From Eledone cirrhosa (lineage: Eukaryota): a DNA stretch of 64,000 bases. Position 1 is the first letter of the stretch. Every line of letters begins with the position of its first letter. The stretch is from the NCBI GenBank assembly GCA_964016885.1, contig OZ024740.1, positions 15,686,001-15,750,000 on the forward strand, given 5' to 3'. Positions 38,801 through 50,639 of the stretch are shown here, piece by piece. Both the position numbers and the translations under genes were made by a program. The notes below the pieces were generated by a model. The model did no database searches and was not told the DNA's origin. It was given only the letters and a program-made list of their open reading frames with translations.

Positions 38801-41800
38801 TGGGGGCAGAGTCTTCAAACACTCCTTCCTGCGGGTGCTGAGAGGGTCGTGGGGGCAGAGTCTTCGAACACACCTTCCTGTGGGTGCTGAGAGGGTCGTG
38901 GGGGCAGAGTCTTCAAACACTCCTTCCTGTGGGACCTGTGAGGGTCGTGGGGGCAGATTCTTCAAACACTCCTTCCTGTGGGACCTGTGAGGGTCGTGGG
39001 GGCAGAGTCTTCAAACGCTCCTTCCTGTGGGTGCTGAGAGGGTCGTGAGGGCAGAGTCTTCAAACACTCCTTCCTGTGGGTGCTGAGAGGGTCGTGGGGA
39101 CAGAGTCTTCAAACACTCCTTCTTGTGGGTGCTGAGAGGGTCGTGGGGGCAGAGTTTTCAAACACTCCTTCCTGTGGGTGCTGAGAGGGTCGTGGGGGCA
39201 GAGTCTTCAAACACTCCTTCCTGTGGGACCTGTGAGGGTCGTGGGGGCAGAGTCTTCAAACACTCCTTCCTGTGGGACCTGTGAGGGTCGTGGGGGCAGA
39301 GTCTTCAAACAATCCTTCCTGTGGGTGCTGAGAGGGTCGTGGGGGCAGAGTCTTCAAACACTCCTTCCTGTGGGACCTGTGAGGGTCGTGGGGGCAGAGT
39401 CTTCAAACACTCCTTCCTGTGGGTGCTGAGAGGGTCGTGGGGGCAGAGTCTTCAAACACTCCTTCCTGTGGGTGCTGAGAGGGTCGTGGGGGCAGAGTCT
39501 TCAAACACTCCTTCCTGTGGGTGCTGAGAGGGTCGTGGGGGCAGAGTCTTCAAACACTCCTTCCTGTGGGACCTGAGAGGGTCGTGGGGGCAGAGTCTTC
39601 AAACACTCCTTCCTGTGGGTGCTGAGAGGGTCGTGGGGGCAGAGTCTTCAAACACATCTTCCTGTGGGTGCTGAGAGGGTCGTGGGGGCAGAGTCTTCAA
39701 ACACTCCTTCCTGTGGGTGCTGAGAGGATCGTGGGGGCAGAGTCTTCAAACACTCCTTCCTGTGGGACCTGTGAGGGTCGTGGGGGCAGAGTCTTCAAAC
39801 ACTCCTTCCTGTATGTGCTGAGCGGGTCGTGGGGGCAGAGTCTTCAAACACACCTTCCTGTGGGTGCTAAGCGGGTCGTGGGGGCAGAGTCTTCAAACAC
39901 TCCTTCCTGTGGGTGCTGAGAGGGTCGTGGGGGCAGAGTCTTCAAACACTCCTTCCTGTGGGACCTGAGAGGGTCGTGGGGGCAGAGTCTTCAAACACTC
40001 CTTCCTGTGGGTGCTGAGAGGGTCGTGGGGGCAGAGTCTTCAAACACTCCTTCCTGTGGGTGCTGAGAGGGTCGTGGGGGCAGAGTCTTCAAACACTCCT
40101 TCCTGTGGGACCTGTGAGGGTCGTGGGGGCAGAGTCTTCAAACACTACTTTTGGTATGTGCTGAGCGGGTCGTGGGGGCAGAGTCTTCAAACACACCTTC
40201 CTCTGGGTGCTGAGAGGGTCGTGGGGGCAGAGTCTTCAAACACTCCTTCCTGTGGGTGCTGAGAGGGTCGTGGGGGCAGAGTTTTCAAACACTCCTTCCT
40301 GTGGGACCTGAGAAGGTCGTGGGGGCAGAGTCTTCAAACACTCCTTCCTGTGGGACCTGTGAGGGTCGTGGGGGCAGAGTCTTCAAACACTCCTTCCCGT
40401 GGGACCTGTGAGGGTCGTGGGGGCAGAGTCTTCAAACACTCCTTCCTGTGGGACCTGTGAGGGTCGTGGGGGCAGAGTCTTCAAACACTCCTTCCTGTGG
40501 GTGCTGAGAGGGTCGTAGGGACAGAGTCTTCAAACACTCCTTCCTGTGAGACCTGTGAGGGTCGTGGGGGCAGAGTCTTCAAACACTCATTCCTGTGGGT
40601 GCTGAGCGGGTCGTGGGGGCAGAGTCTTCAAACACACCTTCCTGTGGGTGCTGAGCGGGTCGTGGGGGCAGAGTCTTCAAACACACCTTCCTGTGGGTGC
40701 TGAGCGGGTCGTGGGGGCAGAGTCTTCAAACACTCCTTCCTGTGGGTGCTGAGAGGGTCGTGGGGACAGAGTCTTCAAACACTCCTTCCTGTGGGACCTG
40801 AGAGGGTCGTGGGGGCAGAGTCTTCAAACACTCCTTTCTGTGAGTGCTGAGAGGGTCGTGGGGGCAGAGTCTTCAAACACTCCTTCCTGTGGGTGCTGAG
40901 AGGGTCGTGGGGGAAGAGTCTTCAAACACTCCTTCCTGTGGGACCTGTGAGGGTCGTGGGGGCAGAGTCTTCAAACACTCCTTCCTGTGGGACCTGTGAG
41001 GGTCGTGGGGGAAGAGTCTTCAAACACTCCTTTCGGTATGTGCTGAGCGGGTCGTGGGGGCAGAGTCTTCAAACACACCTTCCTCTGGGTGCTGAGCGGG
41101 TCGTGGGGGCAGAGTCTTCAAACACTCCTTCCTGTGGGTGCTGAGAGGGTCGTGGGGGCAGAGTCTTCAAACACTCCTTCCTGTGGGACCTGAGCGGGTC
41201 GTGGGGGCAGAGTCTTCAAACACTCCTTCCTGTGGGTGCTGAGAGGGTCGTGGGGGCAGAGTCTTCAAACACTCCTTCCTGTGGGTGCTGAGAGGGTCGT
41301 GGGGGCAGAGTTTTCAAACACTCCTTCCTGTGGGACCTGAGAGGGTCGTGGGGGCAGAGTCTTCAAACACTCCTTCCTGTGGGACCCGTGAGGGTCGTGG
41401 GGGCAGAGTCTTCAAACACTCCTTCCTGTGGGACCTGTGAGGGTCGTGGGGGCAGAGTCTTCAAACACTCCTTCCTGTGGGACCTGTGAGGGTCGTGGGG
41501 GCAGAGTCTTCAAACACTCCTTCCTTTATGTGCTGAGCGGCTCGTGGGGGCAGAGTCTTCAAACACACCTTCCTGTGGGTGCTGAGCGGGTCGTGGGGGC
41601 AGAGTCTTCAAACACTCCTTCCTGTGGGTGCTGAGAGGGTTGTGGGGGCAGAGTCTTCAAACACTCCTTCCTGTGGGACCTTGGAGGGTCGTGGGGGCAG
41701 AGTCTTCAAACACTCCTCCTGTGGGTGCTGAGAGGGTCGTGGGGGAAGAGTCTTCAAACACTCCTTCCTGTGGGAACTGTGAGGGTCGTGGGGGCAGAGT

Positions 41801-44800
41801 CTTCAAACACTCCTTCCTGTGGGACCTGAGAGGGTCGTGGGGGCAGAGTCTTCAAACACTCCTTCCTGTGGGTGCTGAGAGGGTCGTGGTGGCAGAGTCT
41901 TCAAACACTCCTTCCTGTGGGACCTGTGAGGGTCGTGGGGGCAGAGTCTTCAAACACTCCTTTCGGTATGTGCTGAGCGGGTCGTGGGGGCAGAGTCTTC
42001 AAACACACCTTCCTGTGGGTGCTGAGCGGGTCGTGGGGGCAGAGTCTTCAAACACTCCTTCCTGTGGGTGCTGAGAGGGTTGTGGGGGCAGAGTCTTCAA
42101 ACACTCCTTCCTGTGGGACCTTGGAGGGTCGTGGGGGCAGAGTCTTCAAACACTCCTCCTGTGGGTGCTGAGAGGGTCGTGGGGGAAGAGTCTTCAAACA
42201 CTCCTTCCTGTGGGAACTGTGAGGGTCGTGGGGGCAGAGTCTTCAAACACTCCTTCCTGTGGGACCTGAGAGGGTCGTGGGGGCAGAGTCTTCAAACACT
42301 CCTTCCTGTGGGTGCTGAGAGGGTCGTGGTGGCAGAGTCTTCAAACACTCCTTCCTGTGGGACCTGTGAGGGTCGTGGGGGCAGAGTCTTCAAACACTCT
42401 TTCCTGTGGGACCTGAGAGGGTCGTGGGGGCAGAGTCTTCAAACACTCCTTCCTGTGGGACCTGTGAGGGTCGTGGAGGCAGAGTCTTCAAACACTCCTT
42501 CCTGTGGGACCTGTGAGGGTCGTGGGGGCAGAGTCTTCAAACACTCCTTCCTGTGGGTGCTGAGCGGGTCGTGGGGCAGAGTCTTCAAACACTCCTTCCT
42601 GTGGGTGCTGAGCGGGTCGTGGGGGCAGAGTCTTCAAACACTCCTTCCTGTGGGTGCTGAGAGGGTCGTGGGGCAGAGTCTTCAAACACTCCTTCCTGTG
42701 GGTGCTGAGAGGGTCGTGGGGGCAGAGTCTCCAAAAACACTCCTTCCTGTGGGACCTGTGAGGGTCGTGGGGGCAGAGTCTTCGAACAATCCTTCCTGTG
42801 GGACCTGTGAGGATCGTGGGGGCAGAGTCTTCAAACACTCCTTCCTGTGAGTGCTGAGAGGGTCGTGGGGGCAGAGTCTTCAAACACTCCTTCCTGTGGG
42901 TGCTGAGAGGGTCGTGGGGGCAGAGTCTTCAAACACTCCTTCCTGTGGGTGCTGAGAGGGTCGTGGGGGCAGAGTCTTCAAACACTCCTTCCTGTGGGAC
43001 CTGTGAGTGTCGTGGGGCAGAGTCTTCACACACTCCTTCCTGTGGGTGCTGAGAGGGTCGTGGGGGCAGAGTCTTCAAACACTCCTTCCTGTGGGTGCTG
43101 AGAGGGTCGTGAGGGCAGAGTCTTCAAACACTCCTTCCTGTGGTACCTGTGAGGGTCGTGGGGGCAGAGTCTTCAAACACTCCTTCCTGTGGGACCTGCG
43201 AGGATCGTGGGGGCAGAGTCTTCAAACACTTCTTCCTGTGGGACCTGTGAGGGTCGTGGGGGCAGAGTCTTCAAACACTCCTTCCTGTGGGACCTGTGAG
43301 GGTCATGGGGCAGAGTCTTCAAACACTCCTTCCTGTGGGACCTGTGAGGGTCGTGGGGCAGAGTCTTCAAACACTCCTTCCTTTGGGTGCTGAGAGGTTC
43401 GTGGGGGCAGAGTCTTCAAACACTCCTTCCTGTGGGACCTGTGAGGGTCGTGGGGGCAGAATCTTCAAACACTCCTTCCTGTGGGACCTGTGAGGGTCGT
43501 GGGGGCAGAGTCTTCAAACACTCCTTCCTGTGGGACCTGTGACGGTCGTGGGGGCAGAGTCTTCAAACACTCCTTCCTGTGGGACCTGTGAGGGTCGTGG
43601 GGGCAGAGTCTTCAAACACTCCTTCCTGTGGGTGCTGAGAGGGTCGTGGGGACAGAGTCTTCAAACACTCCTTCCTGTGGGTGCTGAGAGGGTCGTGGGG
43701 GCAGAGTCTTCAAACACTCCTTCCAGTGGACCTGTGAGGGTCGTGGGGGCAGAGTCTTCAAACACTCCTTCCTGTGGGACCTGAGCGGGTCGTGGGGGCA
43801 GAGTCTTCAAACACTCCTTCCTGTGGGTGCTGAGAGGGTCGTGGGGGCAGAGTCTTCAAACACTCCTTCCTGTGGGTGCTGAGAGGGTCGTGGGGGCAGA
43901 GTTTTCAAACACTCCTTCCTGTGGGACCTGAGAGGGTCGTGGGGGCAGAGTCTTCAAACACTCCTTCCTGTGGGACCCGTGAGGGTCGTGGGGGCAGAGT
44001 CTTCAAACACTCCTTCCTGTGGGACCTGTGAGGGTCGTGGGGGCAGAGTCTTCAAACACTCCTTCCTGTGGGACCTGTGAGGGTCGTGGGGGCAGAGTCT
44101 TCAAACACTCCTTCCTGTATGTGCTGAGCGGGTCGTGGGGGCAGAGTCTTCAAACACACCTTCCTGTGGGTGCTGAGCGGGTCGTGGGGGCAGAGTCTTC
44201 AAACACTCCTTCCTGTGGGTGCTGAGAGGGTTGTGGGGGCAGAGTCTTCAAACACTCCTTCCTGTGGGACCTTGGAGGGTCGTGGGGGCAGAGTCTTCAA
44301 ACACTCCTTCCTGTGGGTGCTGAGAGGGTCGTGGGGGAAGAGTCTTCAAACACTCCTTCCTGTGGGAACTGTGAGGGTCGTGGGGGCAGAGTCTTCAAAC
44401 ACTCCTTCCTGTGGGACCTAAGAGGGTCGTGGGGGCAGAGTCTTCAAACACTCCTTCCTGTGGGACCCGTGAGGGTCGTGGGGGCAGAGTCTTCAAACAC
44501 TCCTTCCTGTGGGACCTGTGAGGGTCGTGGGGGCAGAGTCTTCAAACACTCCTTCCTGTGGGACCTGTGAGGGTCGTGGGGGCAGAGTCTTCAAACACTC
44601 CTTCCTGTATGTGCTGAGCGGGTCGTGGGGGCAGAGTCTTCAAACACACCTTCCTGTGGGTGCTGAGCGGGTCGTGGGGGCAGAGTCTTCAAACACTCCT
44701 TCCTGTGGGTGCTGAGAGGGTTGTGGGGGCAGAGTCTTCAAACACTCCTTCCTGTGGGACCTTGGAGGGTCGTGGGGGCAGAGTCTTCAAACACTCCTTC

Positions 44801-47800
44801 CTGTGGGTGCTGAGAGGGTCGTGGGGGAAGAGTCTTCAAACACTCCTTCCTGTGGGAACTGTGAGGGTCGTGGGGGCAGAGTCTTCAAACACTCCTTCCT
44901 GTGGGTGCTGAGAGGGTCGTGGGGGCAGAGTCTTCAAACACTCCTTCCTGTGGGACCTGAGCGGGTCGTGGGGGCAGAGTCTTCAAACACTCCTTCCTGT
45001 GGGTGCTGAGAGGGTCGTGGGGGCAGAGTCTTCAAACACTCCTTCCTGTGGGTGCTGAGAGGGTCGTGGGGGCAGAGTTTTCAAACACTCCTTCCTGTGG
45101 GACCTGAGAGGGTCGTGGGGGCAGAGTCTTCAAACACTCCTCCCTGTGGGACCCGTGAGGGTTGTGGGGGCAGAGTATTCAAACACTCCTTCCTGTGGGA
45201 CCTGTGAGGGTCGTGGGGGCAGAGTCTTCAAACACTCCTTCCTGTGGGACCTGTGAGGGTCGTGGGGGCAGAGTCTTCAAACACTCCTTCCTGTATGTGC
45301 TGAGCGGGTCGTGGGGGCAGAGTCTTCAAACACACCTTCCTGTGGGTGCTGAGCGGGTTGTGGGGGCAGAGTCTTCAAACACTCCTTCCTGTGGGTGCTG
45401 AGAGGGTTGTGGGGGCAGAGTCTTCAAACACTCCTTCCTGTGGGACCTTGGAGGGTCGTGGGGGCAGCGTCTTCAAACACTCCTTCCTGTGGGTGCTGAG
45501 AGGGTCGTGGGGGAAGAGTCTTCAAACACTCCTTCCTGTGGGAACTGTGAGGGTCGTGGGGGCAGAGTCTTCAAACACTCCTTCCTGTGGGACCTGAGAG
45601 GGTCGTGGGGGCAGAGTCTTCAAACACTCCTTCCTGTGGGTGCTGAGAGGGTCGTGGTGGCAGAGTCTTCAAACACTCCTTCCTGTGGGACCTGTGAGGG
45701 TCGTGGGGGCAGAGTCTTCAAACACTCCTTCCTGTGGGACCTGTGAGGGTCGTGGGGGCAGAGTCTTCAAACACTCCTTCCTGTGGGACCTGTGAGGGTC
45801 GTGGAGGCAGAGTCTTCAAACACTCCTTCCTGTGGGACCTGTGAGGGTCGTGGGGGCAGAGTCTTCAAACACTCCTTCCTGTGGGTGCTGAGCGGGTCGT
45901 GGGGCAGAGTCTTCAAACACTCCTTCCTGTGGGTGCTGAGCGGGTCGTGGGGGCAGAGTCTTCAAACACTCCTTCCTGTGGGTGCTGAGAGGGTCGTGGG
46001 GCAGAGTCTTCAAACACTCCTTCCTGTGGGTGCTGAGAGGGTCGTGGGGGCAGAGTCTCCAAAAACACTCCTTCCTGTGGGACCTGTGAGGGTCGTGGGG
46101 GCAGAGTCTTCGAACAATCCTTCCTGTGGGACCTGTGAGGATCGTGGGGGCAGAGTCTTCAAACACTCCTTCCTGTGGGTGCTGAGAGGGTCGTGGGGGC
46201 AGAGTCTTCAAACACTCCTTCCTGTGGGTGCTGAGAGGGTCGTGGGGGCAGAGTCTTCAAACACTCCTTCCTGTGGGTGCTGAGAGGGTCGTGGGGGCAG
46301 AGTCTTCAACCACTCCTTCCTGTGGGACCTGTGAGTGTCGTGGGGCAGAGTCTTCAAACACTCCTTCCTGTGGGTGCTGAGAGGGTCGTGGGGGCAGAGT
46401 CTTCAAACACTCCTTCCTGTGGGTGCTGAGAGGGTCGTGGGGGCAGAGTCTTCAAACACTCCTTCCTGTGGGATCTGTGAGGGTCGTGGGGGCAGAGTCT
46501 TCAAACACTCCTTCCTGTGGGACCTGCGAGGATCGTGGGGGCAGAGTCTTCAAACACTTCTTCCTGTGGGACCTGTGAGGGTCGTGGGGGCAGAGTCTTC
46601 AAACACTCCTTCCTGTGGGACCTGTGAGGGTCATGGGGCAGAGTCTTCAAACACTCCTTCCTGTGGGACCTGTGAGGGTCGTGGGGCAGAGTCTTCAAAC
46701 ACTCCTTCCTTTGGGTGCTGAGAGGTTCGTGGGGGCAGAGTCTTCAAACACTCCTTCCTGTGGGACCTGTGAGGGTCGTGGGGGCAGAATCTTCAAACAC
46801 TCCTTCCTGTGGGACCTGTGAGGGTCGTGGGGGCAGAGTCTTCAAACACTCCTTCCTGTGGGACCTGTGACGGTCGTGGGGGCAGAGTCTTCAAACACTC
46901 CTTCCTGTGGGACCTGTGAGGGTCGTGGGGGCAGAGTCTTCAAACAATCCTTCCTGTGGGTGCTGAGAGGGTCGTGGGGACAGAGTCTTCAAACACTCCT
47001 TCCTGTGGGTGCTGAGAGGGTCGTGGGGGCAGAGTCTTCAAACACTCCTTCCTGTGGACCTGTGAGGGTCGTGGGGGCAGAGTCTTCAAACACTCCTTCC
47101 TGTGGGACCTGTGAGGGTCGTGGGGGCAGAGTCTTCAAACACTCCTTCCTGTGGGACCTGTGAGGTTCGTGGGGGCAGAGTCTTCAAACACTCCTTCCTG
47201 TGGGACCTGTGAGGGTCGTGGGGGCAGAATCTTCAAACACTCCTTCCTGTGGTTGCTGAGAGGGTCGTGGGGGCAGAGTCTTCAAACACTCCTTCCTGTG
47301 GGTGCTGAGAGGGTCGTGGGGGCAGAGTCTTCAAACACTCCTTCCTGTGGGACCTGTGAGGGTCGTGGGGGCAGAGTCTTCAAACACTCCTTCCTGTGGG
47401 ACCTGTGAGGGTCGTGGGGGCAGAGTCTTCGAACAATCCTTCCTGTGGGACCTGTGAGGATCGTGGGGGCAGAGTCTTCAAACACTCCTTCCTGTGGGTG
47501 CTGAGAGGGTCGTGGGGGCAGAGTCTTCAAACACTCCTTCCTGTGGGTGCTGAGAGGGTCGTGGGGGCAGAGTCTTCAAACACTCCTTCCTGTGGACCTG
47601 TGAGGGTCGTGGGGGAAGAGTCTTCAAACACTCCTTCCTGTGGGACCTGTGAGGGTCGTGGGGGCAGAGTCTTCAAACACTCCTTCCTGTGGGACCTGTG
47701 AGGGTCGTGGGGGCAGAGTCTTCAAACACTCCTTCCTGTGGGTCCTGTGAGGGTCGTGGGGGCAGAGTCTTCAAACACTCCTTCCTGTGGGACCTGTGAG

Positions 47801-49016
47801 GGTCGTGGGGGCAGACTCTTCAAACACTCCTTCCTGTGGGTGCTGAGAGGGTCGTGGGGGCAGAGTCTTCAAACACTCCTTCCTGTGGGTGCTGAGAGGG
47901 TCGTGGGGCAGAGTCTTCAAACACTCCTTCCTGTGGGTTCTGAGAGGGTCGTGGGGGCAGAGTCTTCAAACACTCCTTCCTGTGGGACCTGTGAGGGTCG
48001 TGGGGGCAGAATCTTCAAACACTCCTTCCTGTGGGACCTGTGAGGGTCGTGGGGGCAGAGTCTTCAAACACTCCTTCCTGTGGGACCTGTGAGGGTCGTG
48101 GGGGCAGAGTCTTCAAACACTCCTTCCTGTGGGACCTGTGAGGGTCATGGGGGCAGAGTCTTCAAACACTCCTTCCTGTGGGTGCTGAGAGGGTCGTGGG
48201 GACAGAGTCTTCAAACACTCCTTCCTGTGGGTGCTGAGAGGGTCGTGGGGGCAGAGTCTTCAAACACTCCTTCCTGTGGACCTGTGAGGGTCGTGGGGGC
48301 AGAGTCTTCAAACACTCCTTCCTGTGGGACCTGTGAGGGTCGTGGGGCAGAGTCTTCAAACACTCCTTCCTGTGGGACCTGTGAGGTTCGTGGGGGCAGA
48401 GTCTTCAAACACTCCTTCCTGTGGGACCTGTGAGGGTCGTGGGGCAGAATCTTCAAACACTCCTTCCTGTGGTTGCTGAGAGGGTCGTGGGGGCAGAGTC
48501 TTCAAACACTCCTTCCTGTGGGTGCTGAGAGGGTCGTGGGGGCAGAGTCTTCAAACACTCCTTCCTGTGGGACCTGTGAGGGTCGTGGGAGCAGAGTCTT
48601 CAAACACTCCTTCCTGTGGGACCTGTGAGGGTCGTGGGGGCAGAGTCTTCAAACACTCCTTCCTGTGGATGCTGAGAGGGTCGTGGGGGCAGGATCTTCA
48701 AACACTCCTCCCTGTGGGTGCTGAGAGGGTCGTGGGGGCAGAGTCTTCAAACACTCCTTCCTGTGGGTGCTGAGAGGGTCGTGGGGGCAGAGTCTTCAAA
48801 CACTCCTTCCTGTGGACCTGTGAGGGTCGTGGGGGAAGAGTCTTCAAACACTCCTTCCTGTGGGACCTGTGAGGGTCGTGGGGGAAGAGTCTTCAAACAC
48901 TCCTTCCTGTGGGACCTGTGAGGGTCGTGGGGGCAGACTCTTCAAACACTCCTTCCTGTGGGTGCTGAGAGGGTCGTGGGGGCAGAGTCTTCAAACACTC
49001 CTTCCTGTGGGTGCTG
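35850..49016. repeat. 49-bp satellite, ~268 copies (GAGAGGGTCGTGGGGGCAGAGTCTTCAAACACTCCTTCCTGTGGGTGCT)
   Basis: Unbroken tandem array with a near-invariant ~35-bp part and a variable ~14-bp part. Copy number is estimated as length/49. Confidence 0.97.
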
Positions 49017-49146
49017 TCAGAAGCAAATGTCTCCAATTTTCTGTAGAACTGTTCTGCTAGAGAACAGGTGGCAGATATGATGGTTGGTTGCGATATAAAC
49101 GGGCAATTGCCGGACGAATAAGTAACCCCGGACCAACGGCGGTAAA
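49017..49146 (-). CDS. Candidate exon of an unidentified minus-strand gene
   Basis: Pyrimidine-rich acceptor TTCTATATCCCCACACCTAG at 49147-49166. One frame gives FTAVGPGLLIRPAIARLYRNQPSYLPPVL* (stop 49057-49059). Another gives YRRWSGVTYSSGNCPFISQPTIISATCSLAEQFYRKLETFASD, running into the satellite. No homologue recognised. Confidence 0.3.
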
Positions 49147-49159
49147 CTAGGTGTGGGGA

Positions 49160-49918
49160 TATAGAACAATAGGTGACATCTGTAGCTTAATAGAGCAATA
49201 GGTGACATCTGTAGCTCAATAGAACATAGGTGACATCTGTAGCTCAATAGAACAATAGGTGACATCTGTAGCTCAGTAGAACAATAGGTGACATATGTAG
49301 CTCAATATAACAATAGGTGACATCTGTAGCTCAGTAGAACAATAGGTGACATATGTAGCTCAATAGAACAATAGGTGACATCTGTAGCTCACAAGAACAA
49401 TAGGTGACATCTGTAGTTCAATAGAACAATAGGTGACATCAGTAGCTCAATAGAACAATAGGTGTCACCTATAGCTCAATAAAACAATGGGTGACATATG
49501 TAGCTCAATAGAACAATAGGCGACATCTGTAGCTCAATAGAACAATAGGTGACCTCTGTAGCTCAATAGAAATAGGTGACACCTATAGCTCAATAGAACA
49601 ATAGGTGACATCTGTAACTCACAAGAACAATAGGCGATATCTGTAGCTCAATACAACAATAGGTGTCACCTATAGCTCAATAGAACAATAGGTGACATAT
49701 GTAGCTCAATAGAACAATAGGCGACATCTGTAGCTCAATAGAACAATAGGTGACCTCTGTAGCTCAATAGAACAATAGGTGACACCTATAGCTCAATAGA
49801 ACAATAGGCGACATCTGTAACTCACAAGAATAATAGGCGACATCTGTAGCTCAATAGAACAATAGGTGACATCTGTAGCTCAATAGAACAATAGGCGACA
49901 TCTGTAGTTCAATAGAAC
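49160..49918. repeat. 29-bp minisatellite, ~26 copies (AATAGAACAATAGGTGACATCTGTAGCTC)
   Basis: Direct reading. Confidence 0.94.
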
Positions 49919-50237
49919 TATCTTAAAAAGCCTAGTCTTGGCGGGTTCATAAATGGCGACATCATAAATGTCGAAAATTATTCTCACGTTTAACAACTAA
50001 ATTTTGCCAAGAAGGTGGTCTGGGTTTTAAGAGTGCTAAGAAGCAATATAAGAAGTAGTTATTAATGTTCTCCAGTACATTTGCAGCTGAAATGAGAGGC
50101 TGTTAACTGTCCTTGTTGATTATAACTGTACCAATGGTAATAACTACAACCGTAATCGTAATTGAGCATGATTTGGTAGTATCATACTTTCCCTCAGAGT
50201 TTTAGGTGCCCATGCAGTCGTGAGTATACATAGGCAC

Positions 50238-50287
50238 CTGCCCGACCCTTGTTCTCTTGATCCAACCGAACATCCAGAAAGAGACGG
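50238..50287 (-). CDS. Candidate 50-nt exon upstream of the 49146 exon
   Basis: Acceptor CCCTCTCTCTCCCACCAG and weak donor CAG|GTGCCT. Joining to the 49146 acceptor keeps frames open (..SFWMFGWIKRTRVGQ|FTAVG.. or ..RLFLDVRLDQENKGRA-V-YRRW..). Confidence 0.22.
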
Positions 50288-50312
50288 CTGGTGGGAGAGA
50301 GAGGGCTACACC

Positions 50313-50435
50313 AACACTGGGCTAGTACTTTATTTATCAACCCTGAAAGGATGAAAGGCAAACTGGACCACGGCGGAATTTAAACTCAGAACGTAGAAAC
50401 TCGGAAAAACTATCCCACACTCTAACGATTCTATC
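50313..50435 (-). mobile_element. tRNA-derived SINE fragment, reverse orientation
   Basis: AGTACTTTATTTATCAACCCTGAAAGGATGAAAGGCAAA..GGAATTTAAACTCAGAACGTA is the reverse complement of the SINE core. Confidence 0.8.
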
Positions 50436-50639
50436 AAATCGATTACCTACCAATAGTACTAAATTGAGCAACGGTAATTCTCACGAGAACTTGGGTTAAA
50501 CTCTGAATAATTCTACTTTAAGTCTAAGACAGCTGTCTGATGATCTTATGAGTGGGCAGGTGAACTCCAGAGTAACATGGCTTACCACTTAACCATATTA
50601 AAAAAAAAATATATATATATATTATTATTATTTTTATTC

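Noticed and set aside
35850-49016. CRISPR-like constant-repeat/variable-spacer appearance and the many GAESSNTPSCG ORFs
   Set aside because: The variable slot is only ~14 bp and is drawn from a few related alleles, not unique spacers. There are no cas genes and the context is eukaryotic. The 49-bp period shifts frame every unit.
49160-49918. 29-bp repeat of CRISPR-like length near a reverse transcriptase
   Set aside because: Units are directly head-to-tail without spacers, and the nearby RT is a Tx1 LINE fragment.
50520-50580. CTGATGA at 50537-50543 as a possible hammerhead ribozyme core
   Set aside because: No stem II followed by GAAA and no closing stems could be built.
50577-50639. N-terminus of ORF 50577-51920 as a signal peptide on an RT protein
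   Set aside because: It is read-through of AT-rich flank upstream of the 5' truncation point of the Tx1 fragment.
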